Assembly (NCBI GenBank): GCA_965219415.1
Contig: CBDCNP010000001.1
Span: 32,001-96,000, forward strand
Reading direction: 5' to 3'
DNA: 64,000 bases
Origin: Candidatus Marinacidobacterales bacterium
Lineage (GTDB): Bacteria > Acidobacteriota > Vicinamibacteria > Marinacidobacterales > DATDRI01
Of this stretch, positions 1 through 9,358 are shown one piece after another. The notes under the pieces are model-generated. The model was not told where the DNA came from, ran no database searches, and worked only from the letters and a program-made list of their open reading frames with translations. Numbering within the stretch: position 1 is the stretch's first letter; every line of letters starts with the position of its first letter. Both the position numbers and the translations under genes were made by a program.

Positions 1-2324
1 TTCACCGTGGCGTACCCCTCGGTGTAGCCATGGAACCCGGCCGTGAGCACGTCGCTCCAGAACGCGCCGGTCGCGGCGTTCACCGAGGCAGAGCCCAGTA
101 ACCGCGACCCGTTCCAGCTCATCTCCGCGTTGAACCGGTGCGTCGGGGGCAGGTTGAGCTCCGCCGGCAGATACGGGTTCGGATTGTCCAGGATCTCCGG
201 TTTGGACTGCCATGAGTAGTTGATGGACGTGGCTAGCAACCGTGAGACCTTTTGATCGAGCCACAGCTCCACACCGGTCTGGCGGATCGGACCCAGATTC
301 AGGTACGTGAACGCGGTTCGAGGCAGAAAAATCCCTAACTGCGCCATCTGCGTCAGCACGAACGGCGGGAGCTGCCATCCGGGCGGTGGACTCGCCGCGG
401 TATATGGGTCGAGTGACTGCGGCAGTGCGGTGAAATTGATGGAGTCATCCCGCCGATTGACGAAGAACGAGCCGCCGAACGTCGTCCCGCGCGGGAGTAC
501 GCCGGTGTAGCTCACTTCGTACGCCGTCAACGATTCCTCCGTCAGCTCGTCCTGAGGCATCCGGCCGATCGGGATGTCGCTGCCGACCGCGTTGACGATG
601 AGCGGAAACGGCTGGGCGACCGCCGGCTGCAGCACCGGCGGCAGAAGTGGCGCCAAGCCGCTGAGATCCACTGGGGTAACGATGCTCGTCTGCAGGGCGT
701 TGTTGATAGCCGACGGTGCGCGGTATGCTTGGTTGAACGACAGCGTGATGGAGTGGTCCTCTGTCGGCTTGACGATGAACGCGATGCGCGGTGAGAACTT
801 CGGGGCAGACAGGTTGCCGAACTTATCGACGCGTCCGCCCAGAACGAGGCGGAACCGTTCCCAGAAGATTTCGTCCTGTAGGTACCCGCCTACCTCAAGG
901 CGGTTCTCGCCAAGCGGTGTGAGGGTGATGTCGAAGTTGTTCTGTCGCACGTTGCCGCCGTAGCTTAGCCGGTGCCGGCTTCCGAGGAACACCGAGTGGC
1001 CGATCTCGCCGTCGTACGTCTGTGTTTTGAAGTTGAGTTGCAGCGGCATCCCGGTGGCGACGTCCGGCAGCAGCAGGTTCGGCGCCTTGCTGTCCCCGAA
1101 GTTCGTGAAGAACTGCAGCCGCAAGGCGCCCCGCGTATAGTTTACCTTGGCGTATCCCATATACGATCCCCGCTGGATATCGAATGGACCGATACCGCTG
1201 TGGATAAGCCCCTCCGTGCCAGCCACGCCGCCGGAATAGGTGATGGTGGCGTCGGACAACTCGTGGTCCACCCGCACATCGAATTTGGGCTGGCTGGTGC
1301 CCCGGTTCGCGAATCCGGTCCCAAAACCGACGGCAGCCGAGTCGAGCGGATAGAATGACCCGCCCACCGTCTGGCCCGGCTGCCGCGGGTCGTCACTCAC
1401 CGGGATCCGGCCGACCGGCCGCGAGAACGCGTCGGATGTGAAGTACCCGGCGCTGACGCGGTACGACAACCGGTCGCTTGGCGCCCGCGTCACCGTCGCG
1501 TTGGCGCCGAACATCGACCCGGCTCCGAGTCCGACGCCCGAACCGTCGTTGCGGTCGATATACCCGCCGCTGAGGGTCACCGTCGTGCCGACCGATTCCC
1601 GCGGCGGCTTGGTGATGATATTGACTGCCCCGGTCATCGCGTTAGCACCCCACACCGCCGAGGCTGGCCCGCGCACCACCTCGATCTGCTCCACGTCTTC
1701 GAGACTCGTCGGGACCAAGTCCCACATCACGAGCCCGAAGAAGTCGAGGTAGGCGCTGCGCCCATCCACCAGCAAGAGTTGCGTGTTGGTCAGCGTATTG
1801 CCGGCGCTGCGGCTAGCCACCTGTACGTCGCGCGCCGAGAGCTGGATGACGTTGACGCCCGGCGTCGCGCGTAGGAGGTCGCCGTAGTTTTGCGCCGACG
1901 TGGTTTCGAGCTTGGCCGCCGAGATGACAGACGTCGATACGGGCGCATTGAGCAATCGCACCTCATTGCGCGACGCGGTCACGACCACCGTCTCGCCAAA
2001 GCTGGTGAGCTGCAGTTCGACCGGCGCCAGCTCCAGCGCCCCGCCAGAAACCGTCACGTCCTCGACCGTTGCGTCGGAGAAGCTGGCCAGCGAAACGGTA
2101 AGCGTGTAGTTACCGGACGCGACCTCGTCTAGCTCGAAGTTGCCCTGCTCGTCGGTATACGTGGTGCGCGGTACCCCTTTGCCGCGTAATGTCACGGTGG
2201 CACCCCGCAACACCAGCCCGGTCTGGTCTATCACGCTGCCGGCAACGCTGCCGGTCTGCGCCGATCCGGACGCCGGCCATATGACGAACAGGAAAAGGCA
2301 CAAAATTCCAACGGGACGAATCAT
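1..2324 (-). CDS. TonB-dependent receptor with N-terminal carboxypeptidase-regulatory-like domain (runs off left edge)
   Basis: Minus-strand reading MIRPVGILCLFLFVIWPASGSAQTGSVAGSVIDQTGLVLRGATVTL, plug motifs LLRATPGVNV and IEVVRGPASAVWGANAMTGAVNIITK; RBS GGAGGT upstream. Confidence 0.88.
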   Translation of the reverse strand, partial: MIRPVGILCLFLFVIWPASGSAQTGSVAGSVIDQTGLVLRGATVTLRGKGVPRTTYTDEQGNFELDEVASGNYTLTVSLASFSDATVEDVTVSGGALELAPVELQLTSFGETVVVTASRNEVRLLNAPVSTSVISAAKLETTSAQNYGDLLRATPGVNVIQLSARDVQVASRSAGNTLTNTQLLLVDGRSAYLDFFGLVMWDLVPTSLEDVEQIEVVRGPASAVWGANAMTGAVNIITKPPRESVGTTVTLSGGYIDRNDGSGVGLGAGSMFGANATVTRAPSDRLSYRVSAGYFTSDAFSRPVGRIPVSDDPRQPGQTVGGSFYPLDSAAVGFGTGFANRGTSQPKFDVRVDHELSDATITYSGGVAGTEGLIHSGIGPFDIQRGSYMGYAKVNYTRGALRLQFFTNFGDSKAPNLLLPDVATGMPLQLNFKTQTYDGEIGHSVFLGSRHRLSYGGNVRQNNFDITLTPLGENRLEVGGYLQDEIFWERFRLVLGGRVDKFGNLSAPKFSPRIAFIVKPTEDHSITLSFNQAYRAPSAINNALQTSIVTPVDLSGLAPLLPPVLQPAVAQPFPLIVNAVGSDIPIGRMPQDELTEESLTAYEVSYTGVLPRGTTFGGSFFVNRRDDSINFTALPQSLDPYTAASPPPGWQLPPFVLTQMAQLGIFLPRTAFTYLNLGPIRQTGVELWLDQKVSRLLATSINYSWQSKPEILDNPNPYLPAELNLPPTHRFNAEMSWNGSRLLGSASVNAATGAFWSDVLTAGFHGYTEGYATV

Positions 2325-2728
2325 CAAGTACCTCCACTACGATCCCGGGCGCATGACAGATGTGATCTCGCCATGACCATTACCTCGGGTTGTGTACGTC
2401 AAATTGTGCAGAAGCAGATTCATGGGTGCTTGCTCCATTTACTGTTGCGGGCTCGTCCACGTCGTCGTGCGAGGACGGCACTTATGCACAGCTTGGCGCA
2501 AGCTGAAGCCCGGTGATATTAGAATCTGATGTAACCTACTGCAATACAAAATCTTCCCCTTATGCGTCCCCGGCGCGTGGGTCTTGAGTATGTTTGTGTT
2601 TTTGGACACGACGCGATCGGCAAGTTGGTCGATGGAGATGTTGGTGTGTAGCCCTCGACCGCGCGAGCCGCTTCTCCCACACGTAGAAAAAGCTTCGAAC
2701 CAGGGACATCGACGAAATGCGGAGATGG

Positions 2729-3181
2729 CTAGTCGGTGCCGGACGCCTCGCTGTAGTCGCGGAGCATCTTCTTGAGCTCCATCTGGTGAAGCTCCTCTTG
2801 CCCGACCATGGTGCGCGCGAACTCCTCTAGGTAGATACTGGAATTCTCTACCGCTTCGAGGAGCTCGATATAGAGCTTCACAGCGTTTTTTTCGTGGTTC
2901 ACGCTTTCCTGGAGAATCGCTTTGAGCGAATGCTGAAAGGTCTCCTTGAGAGGTGCCACACTGAGCGATGGGTGGCCACCAAGGCCGGTCAGAATCTCAC
3001 CCACCTGTTGAGCATGGTCCAAGGACTCGGACGCCTGTGCCTTCATGAATTCCACGATCGGCAGCCGATTGGGGCCGGTCACCATGAGCGCATAATGCGT
3101 GTAGCGAACAACCCCCGCGAGCTCCTGCTCCAAGATCGTATTTAGTATTTTGACAGTCTTTTCGGTGTCGAGCTTTTCCAT
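2729..3181 (-). CDS. bacterioferritin/ferritin-like protein
   Basis: MEKLDTEKTVKILNTILEQELAGVVRYTHY..ESLDHA..HEKNA..EELHQ di-iron ligands; the longer track ORF runs into a transposon end. Confidence 0.85.
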   Translation of the reverse strand: MEKLDTEKTVKILNTILEQELAGVVRYTHYALMVTGPNRLPIVEFMKAQASESLDHAQQVGEILTGLGGHPSLSVAPLKETFQHSLKAILQESVNHEKNAVKLYIELLEAVENSSIYLEEFARTMVGQEELHQMELKKMLRDYSEASGTD

Positions 3182-3213
3182 ACCCGCGCATTCTATCAAG
3201 TCCGGGGTCTTCC

Positions 3214-3426
3214 CGTCGTATCCGAAAACGCGAACGGAGCCGAAAGCTCGAATCCTGGAGGTGTTCTCGGAATTCGCGGAGACCAGCCGACGCAGCACTG
3301 GCGCTGCGATAGGCGACCCCGAGCAGATCTCTCCTCCAGACCATCCGTCCCGTCCAGCTTGCGTGCACGAACTCCTATGCGGCAGCGCGTGGGTCTTAGA
3401 GTTCGTTTGTATTCTTGGACACGACG
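3214..3426. mobile_element. 213-bp non-autonomous derivative of family-B rve element
   Basis: Inverted ends CGTCGTATCCGAAAAC and GTATTCTTGGACACGACG; contains transposase stop region (R-A-A-A-stop) also seen near 46000 and 49960. Confidence 0.75.
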
Positions 3427-3591
3427 CGTTCGCGTCATTCAGCGCTGCCGCGAGTTCCTCGCCTTTTAGCTGTGGTGCTTCGTCGATCATGTCGGTCGCC
3501 GATTCAGCCGGTTCGACCCGCGCCGATGAGGAAGCAGGCTTTACCGGACTTCCTGGATGAGCGATTCGACTCCGAATCTGTTGATGGGCAT

Positions 3592-3621
3592 TTGACTAAA
3601 TCCTAGCCTCTGCCCTATAGT
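3592..3621 (+). promoter_or_regulatory. sigma70-like promoter
   Basis: TTGACT-N18-TATAGT. Confidence 0.55.
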
Positions 3622-3628
3622 CTCTCCT

Positions 3629-3739
3629 GCCAGAACAATCTACGGCTGGTCCGAAACCATCGGGCCACCCGCTGAATAGAACACCTATCCTTACCGGGAA
3701 ATAGGCGGGAACCTACAAGCAGTCGTAGGTTGTTCTGGC
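3629..3739 (+). ncRNA. candidate structured RNA or 5' leader
   Basis: 20-bp closing stem GCCAGAACAATCTACGGCTG / CAGTCGTAGGTTGTTCTGGC (two G-U pairs) enclosing two inner hairpins; begins about 7 nt after the -10 box. Confidence 0.45.
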
Positions 3740-3790
3740 GAACGGCCCGGTGACCAATCAAAGTTGCCGGGAAGCCAGGAGAAATTTCAA

Positions 3791-4030
3791 ATGCCTAACC
3801 TGCGATCTGACGCATTCACAATTGCTCTCGTTTTCGCTGTTGGCTTGGCACTGGTGTTCGGCGCCCACCTATACGACCGTTCTCACGAGTTACCAACTGA
3901 GCCAATCATCAGTGCTGACGTCCAAGGCGTTGGGCAGCTCGATATAACCATCACGGCCATCGTGTATGTCGTGACGGCTCTAACCGTTTTGGTACTGGCT
4001 GGTGCGGCAATTACTGGTCGTCGAACATGA
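3791..4030 (+). CDS. small two-TM hypothetical membrane protein
   Basis: 79 aa from ATG 3791, two hydrophobic stretches, AGGAG upstream. Confidence 0.55.
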   Translation: MPNLRSDAFTIALVFAVGLALVFGAHLYDRSHELPTEPIISADVQGVGQLDITITAIVYVVTALTVLVLAGAAITGRRT

Positions 4031-4047
4031 GCCCAGTTGCACGTTAG

Positions 4048-4199
4048 TGAACCGCACCGGGTTTTCCGGAGACTGTTTTAGTTGAGTCTCGCCATCTCTA
4101 GCGAGCCTTCCTGCGACCGATAGTAGTTCATCTCGTACTCGACGGGGGAGACATTTCCGATCGGCTCCAAGAGTCGTTGCGTGTTGTACCAATGGACCC
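4048..4199 (-). mobile_element. IS3-family 3' remnant
   Basis: IR TGAACCGCACCGGGTTTTCCGGAG; WYNTQRLLEPIGNVSPVEYE; related remnants at about 42200-42377 and 59737-59806. Confidence 0.8.
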
Positions 4200-4485
4200 C
4201 GTCCTGTGCCAAAACTCGGCCCTTTTGAAATAGGCCATAAATCAGCAACTTAGTGTCTGTGTTTGCGACCGGGCCAAGGGCCGTGGGCTTTACAATCGTC
4301 TTGGGCGGGCGGGTCGTCACCATGCAGATGACCACCTCGTCCTGTGCCAAAACTCGGCCCTTTAGAAATAGACCACAAATCAGCAGCTTAGACGCCCTTG
4401 GAATCCCGCGCAGAATCCAGGGTATTTCGCGCCGCAGGGCTGACTTCCGACCCATGGGCTGGCGGATGAATAAATAGAAGGCACA
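4200..4485. mobile_element. nested family-A ends (4200, 4338) closed by a family-C end (4485)
   Basis: Two CGTCCTGTGCCAAAACTCGG copies followed by GGATGAATAAATAGAAGGCACA. Confidence 0.85.
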
Positions 4486-5264
4486 GGGCAAATATCTCGC
4501 AGCGCTGCCATCCCGGTCGGCCTCGGATTGATGCCGAGATTTGTCGCGTCGTCCGCACGATGGCGCAAGACGGCTGGGGGGCGCCACGCATCCATGCTGA
4601 GCTCACCAAGCTCGGTTTCATCATCTCCGAGAGCACGGTGTCGCGATACCTGCCGCGGCGTCCCGCGGAGCCCGACCAGCTGAAACGATGGATGGCTTTC
4701 TTGCGCAACCATAAAGACGATATCGCCGCCATGGATCTGTTCACCGTGCCCACCGCGTCGCTCCGGCTGCTGTACGGCTTCTTCGTCATCGAGCACGGTC
4801 GCCGGCACATCGTTCACTTCAACGCCACGTTCCACCCGACGTCTGCTTGGGTTATTCAGCAACTACGCGAGGCGTTTCCCTACGACACCGCTCCGAGATA
4901 TCTCATCTTCGATCGCGACTTCATCTTTAACACTGCGGTCATCGAGTTCATCAAGGCAACGGGCACAAAACCCGTTCGCACTTCGTTTCGCAGCCCATGG
5001 CAAAACGGAACCGCGGAGCGGTGGGTCGGCAGCTGCCGTCGCGAGCTCCTTGAGCACGTCGTGGTTCTCGGTGCATGTCATCTCATCCGGCTCGTGCGAG
5101 CTTACATCAGCTACTATCATGAGGACCGTTGCCACTTGGGGCTGAACAAGGACACACCGAGCTTGAGAACGGTCACGCACCGACCGTCTCCTACGGCGAA
5201 AGTAGTCGCACTGCCGCGAGTCGGTGGACTGCACCATCGATACGAGTGGCGAGAGGCAGCCTGA
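4486..5264 (+). pseudogene. 5'-truncated integrase-core (rve, IS481-like) transposase
   Basis: WGAPRIHAEL..DLFTV..LIFDRD..SPWQNGTAERWVGSCRRE..GGLHHRYE. Confidence 0.85.
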
Positions 5265-5487
5265 GTCCGCTTGGTCGCTCGCGTTACTCGGCTGGTCGCC
5301 GAGAAGTTCGTCCTCAGCACCTTCCCTCGCGCGCTGACCACGCTCTCCAGCATGTGCTCGAGGGCGGTCCGGGCCCTAGAGTCCAGTCCCGGATTAATAA
5401 TGATGATGGACAGGGAACGGGTCAGCCGGTCGACCTTGTAGACCACCACGGATTCTGCGCGGATTCTGGAGGGCTGGGCTGGTCGCC

Positions 5488-6513
5488 CTATTCTCTCGGT
5501 GACGACTTCTGCTTCTTCTTCGCCCTGGCCTTGGCCTCTCTCTCGGCCAAGATCCGGCGAGCGGCCTCATTAACCTCCTCTACAGTCGGCCCCTCATCTG
5601 CTGCTCGGATTCCCTCTGCGGGCTGGATAAATCGCTCCAGTCTCTTCTGCAGCTCCTTGCGACGCTCCGGGACCAGATACGGGTACTCCTTGGCAAAGTG
5701 GTCGTACGTCGTCTGGTCTCTCTCCGAGAGTTTTTTGCCATCGGCTTTGGCTTTCTCGGCCTTCTCGAAGATCTCGATAGCGCTCTTTCGGAGTGTTCTT
5801 TCTACCACCAGTCGGATTTCGGCCTGGCTCGGCGATGTGGCCGGATCCGCGATTTCTCGCGGGTCCAAGACAAAGCGATTGTACTTTCGCTTAGCCATTC
5901 TTACTCCTCTTCCTGCGCGAGCCGCATTCGCTTTGGCCTGTGCCTCGGCAGCAGTCCGAAGGGCAACCGCATTGATCTCTGCGGTCGTGGGGCCCTCCTT
6001 CGGTGTCAACTTCTGCTTCTGCTTCTTCTTCGTCCTAGCCTTGGCCCCTGTCTCGGCCAGAACCCGGCGAGCGGCCTCGTTGACCTCCTCTGTGGTCGGC
6101 CCCTCACCTGCCGCCCGGATTCCCTCCGCGGGCTGGATGAATCGCTCCAGCCGCTTCTGCAGCTCCTTGCGGCGCTCCGGGACCAGATACGGGTACTCCT
6201 TGGCAAAGTGGTCGTACCGATCCTGGTCTCTCTTCGATAGCTTCTTGCCACTGGACTTCGCCTTTTCGGCTTTCTCGAAGATATCAAGCGCACTTTTCCG
6301 AAGTGTTCTTTCGACCGCCATCCGGATTTCGGCCTGGCTCGGCGATGTGGCCGGATCCGCGATTTCTCGCGGGTCCAAGACAAAGCGATTGTACTTTCGC
6401 TTAGCCATTCTTACTCCTCTTCCTGCGCTTGCCGCATTCGCTTTGGCCTGTGCCTCGGCAGCAGTCCGAAGGGCAACCGCATTGATTTCTGCGGTCGTGG
6501 GGCCTTCCTTCGG
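5488..6513 (-). CDS. basic K/R/E/A-rich hypothetical protein made of two 170-aa tandem repeats
   Basis: 510-bp tandem duplication (e.g. 5671/6181, 5941/6451); GAGGAG-N5-ATG at 6408 and 5898. Confidence 0.6.
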   Translation of the reverse strand, partial: PKEGPTTAEINAVALRTAAEAQAKANAASAGRGVRMAKRKYNRFVLDPREIADPATSPSQAEIRMAVERTLRKSALDIFEKAEKAKSSGKKLSKRDQDRYDHFAKEYPYLVPERRKELQKRLERFIQPAEGIRAAGEGPTTEEVNEAARRVLAETGAKARTKKKQKQKLTPKEGPTTAEINAVALRTAAEAQAKANAARAGRGVRMAKRKYNRFVLDPREIADPATSPSQAEIRLVVERTLRKSAIEIFEKAEKAKADGKKLSERDQTTYDHFAKEYPYLVPERRKELQKRLERFIQPAEGIRAADEGPTVEEVNEAARRILAEREAKARAKKKQKSSPRE

Positions 6514-6612
6514 CAAGCGGATCTCCTCGGCTCGTCCCCCATGGCCTCCCAGATCCGTTTGGCCGACACAACTGAGCACGACGCCGCTGGCCTTGAATCA
6601 ATTGGCCTTGAA

Positions 6613-6847
6613 TCAATCCGCTGGCGACACACTGATCAGCTTGTCCAGACGCTCGAGCAGTGTTTCGTAGTCTTGCACCCACGAGGAGATCGCTTCGGCC
6701 GTAGCCGCCGGCAACGCCATTCGCCCCGCCAGGTCGTCGAGATACTGCCGTTCTTCAGCGCTCATCTCATCATCGACAAGAGCCAGCGTGACGGCATCGC
6801 GATAGACGAGAACCCGTGTGGCCCACGGGAGCGCCGACAAGTCATCG
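6613..6847 (-). pseudogene. TerB-like protein, 3' fragment
   Basis: YRDAVTLALVDDEMSAEERQYLDDLAGRMAL; 5' part replaced by MITE F. Confidence 0.6.
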
Positions 6848-7013
6848 GGTGCTTCCGCCATTAAGTGTTGGTGAGATGACGCTAAGACTCTGCGATGCAT
6901 TAAATTACAGCCAAAATAGCGCTCGTGACTTTCGCTGCGCGCTAAATGGAGCGTATGCACATCTTTTGCAAAGGGATGCGCACACATCACCAACAGTAAA
7001 TAGCGCAAGCACC
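6848..7013 (+). mobile_element. 166-bp IS1-like MITE (F)
   Basis: Ends GGTGCTTCCGC and GCGCAAGCACC; other copies 8827-8992, 29023-29188, 51859-52025, 52504-52669; partial 19608-19719 and 31667-31730. Confidence 0.9.
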
Positions 7014-8146
7014 CATCGTGGGACGTCGGCCCGTACGCCGTGCAGGGCTTCGTCTCCGGCTCCAACGGCTTTCCCGGATTTCCCGACTATACGGCCGGCA
7101 CCTGGACCCGCAGCAACGTCGCACTCTACGGCGACGTCGAGCTGCGGGACCCCGATGACCGGTGGACGGTCGGCGGTGCTGTCAGGTTCGAGCACTTCGA
7201 CATCTTCGGCGCCACAACGAACGGCAAGCTGTCAGCCCGCTACGGACTGGGCGACGCCGTCTCGGTGCGTGGCGGCGTGAGCACCGGGTTCCGCGCGCCG
7301 ACGCCCGGCCAGCAGAACACGCTCAACGTACAGACGACTATCGACCCTGAGACACTGGAACTGGTTGACAGCGCCAACGTGCCGTCCACCTTCAGGGCCG
7401 CGGAGTTGCGGGGCGGCCAGCCGCTCCAGCCCGAGACGTCGTTCAACTCGACGGTCGGGCTGGTCGTCGATACCGGGCCGTTCACGTTGACCGCCGACTA
7501 CTTCCGCGTCGATGTCTCCAATCGCCTCGCCCTGTCGCAGACCTTCACGCTCACGACGGACGAACGCGCGCTCCTTCTGTCAGAAGGTATCACCTCGGCG
7601 GGCACTCTGGCCTTCTTCCGGTTCTTCATCAACGACTTCTCGAGCCGGACTCAGGGGATCGACCTCGTCTCGACCTACACTCCAACCGCATTCGCCGGCG
7701 ACACGGTCTTCAGCGTCACCATGAACTACACCGACACGGCGGTGACGAAGGAATCGGACCTGCTCGGCCCCGGCGATATTCTTGGCCTGACGCGAGGCGT
7801 GCCCAAGACCCGCTGGAACGTCGCCCTCAGCCAGCGCGTCGGGCGGGTGGGCCTGCTCGGCCGCCTGAACTATTACGGCTCCTGGGTCGACCACTTCGAC
7901 GCACGGTTCGTCCGCGGCCCGGCCGCGCCGGTTCTGGACGGCCGGTACATCGTCGACCTTGAGGCCAGCATCCCACTCGCCAACGAGGTGACGCTGGCGG
8001 TCGGTGGCCAAAACATATTTGACGTCTTCTCGGACCGGATGGACCTTTTCGCTGCCGAGTTCGGCCTCCCCTACAGCCAGTTCACGCCTTGGGGTTTAAG
8101 TGGCGGGTACTACTACGCCCGCATCAACTACCAGTGGGGCCACTAG
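7014..8146 (+). pseudogene. TonB-dependent receptor, C-terminal barrel fragment
   Basis: GFRAPTPGQ, GGQNIFD, terminal YYYARINYQW; begins directly at a MITE end. Confidence 0.85.
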
Positions 8147-8373
8147 CTGCCATCACGGCCGATTCTTTCACTGTCCTTGGGGATACAGAGCCGGGCGAGG
8201 TTCCCGCCTAATCGACTTCTAGGCACCAGCCCTGAGCTAGTCTCGTGGGGGCTTCTTGGTCGTGCGACGGGCAGAATGAGAGGGGCGTTGCGCGTCGCGT
8301 CCGGGCGCCAAAACTCGGCCCTTTTGAAATAGACCATAAATCAGCAGCTTAGTGTCTGTGTTTGCGACCGGCG

Positions 8374-8510
8374 GTAGGGTTGAGGGCTGGCGCGGTGCTC
8401 CGTAGGCGCGGCCTGTCTGTTTCTCCCCGTTTCCTGTGGGAGTGCCTCACTAGCCGCACCGTAAGTCCGTTTCCAACCCCCGCCACATCGCACGCAGCGT
8501 GCGGCTTTCC
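8374..8510 (-). ncRNA. group II intron 3' remnant (part of domain V and domain VI)
   Basis: Minus strand GGGAAAGCCGCACGCTGCGTGCGATGTGGCGGGGG..CCCTCAACCCTAC resembles a group II intron 3' end; flanked by family-A sequences. Confidence 0.6.
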
Positions 8511-8635
8511 CGTTCTGTGCCAAAACTCGGCCCAGCCGGCATCGACGAAAGAACTGCGCCTCTTGAAATCAGGCTAAAACTCTAGCACGCGAACAGGTTA
8601 CGCGGCGACCGCCAACACTTGACTGCGGAAGCACC
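8511..8635. mobile_element. hybrid mini-element: family-A end plus IS1-like left end
   Basis: Diverged inverted copy with the same internal junction at 33686-33810. Confidence 0.8.
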
Positions 8636-8826
8636 CATCGGTGGATCGGTTGCGTGTCCTTCATCATCATCATAGTCGGCACCCTGAGCATCAGCAGGGG
8701 AACCGTCCGGCGCAGCGGGCTTCTGGTCAGGCTCCTTCGTTGTCCTCCGCCGTGATTCGCGTCCTGTCCAAAAATACAAACGAACTCAAGATCAGACCCA
8801 AAATGGCCCCGAATTGCCTGTTTTTC

Positions 8827-8992
8827 GGTGCTTGCGCTGTTTACTGTTGGTGATGTGTACGCATCCCTTTGCAAAAGAGGCGCTTACGCTCCATTTAGCA
8901 CGCAGCGAAGGTCACGAATGCTATTTTGGCTGTAATTTAATGCACCGTAGGGTCTTAGCGTCATCTCACCAACACTTAATGGCGGAAGCACC
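8827..8992 (-). mobile_element. MITE F copy
   Basis: Reverse complement of 6848-7013. Confidence 0.9.
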
Positions 8993-9350
8993 GGTCACGC
9001 TGTAGCCAACCAGCGATGGCGACGACCAACAAGGTCAAGGGCTGGACCGGCGTGCTCATGACCGAGGATTCTAGCTCCCATTGGCCAACTAAGCGTAGAC
9101 ACGTTTATTACGAAACGTCCGGGCGAGCCGGTCTTGAGTTCGTTTGTGTTTTTGGACACGACGCGATAGCCGCCTGTTGGTCACGCTGGATCCAACCAGC
9201 GATAGCGACTAGCAACAGTGTCAAGGGCTGGATCGGCGTCCTCATGACCGGGGATTCTAGCTTCCATTGGCGAACCAAGCCTAGGCGCCTCTAATCCGAA
9301 ACGCCCCGGCGCGCGGGGTCTTGAGTTCGTTTGTATTTTTGGACACGACG
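8993..9350 (-). mobile_element. two nested family-B left ends, each with a transposase start
   Basis: Ends at 9163 and 9350, each followed by an M(S/R)TP(V/I)QPLTLLV..AGW start. Confidence 0.8.
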
Positions 9351-9358
9351 ACAACTAT

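Noticed and set aside
3182-3490. Long N-terminal extension of the ferritin-like ORF
   Set aside because: It runs through the B-family mini-element.
3629-4030. Retron msr-msd with a two-TM effector
   Set aside because: The terminal inverted repeat is suggestive, but there is no reverse transcriptase adjacent or anywhere in the window.
5129-6670. 513-aa plus-strand ORF
   Set aside because: Antisense shadow of the K/R/E/A-rich repeat gene; it crosses unrelated segments and has no family motif.
6613-7065. ORFs containing [40 protein letters not shown] or [11 protein letters not shown] as a repeated protein family
   Set aside because: These are translations of MITE F and the A TIR read through from neighbouring fragments, not genes.
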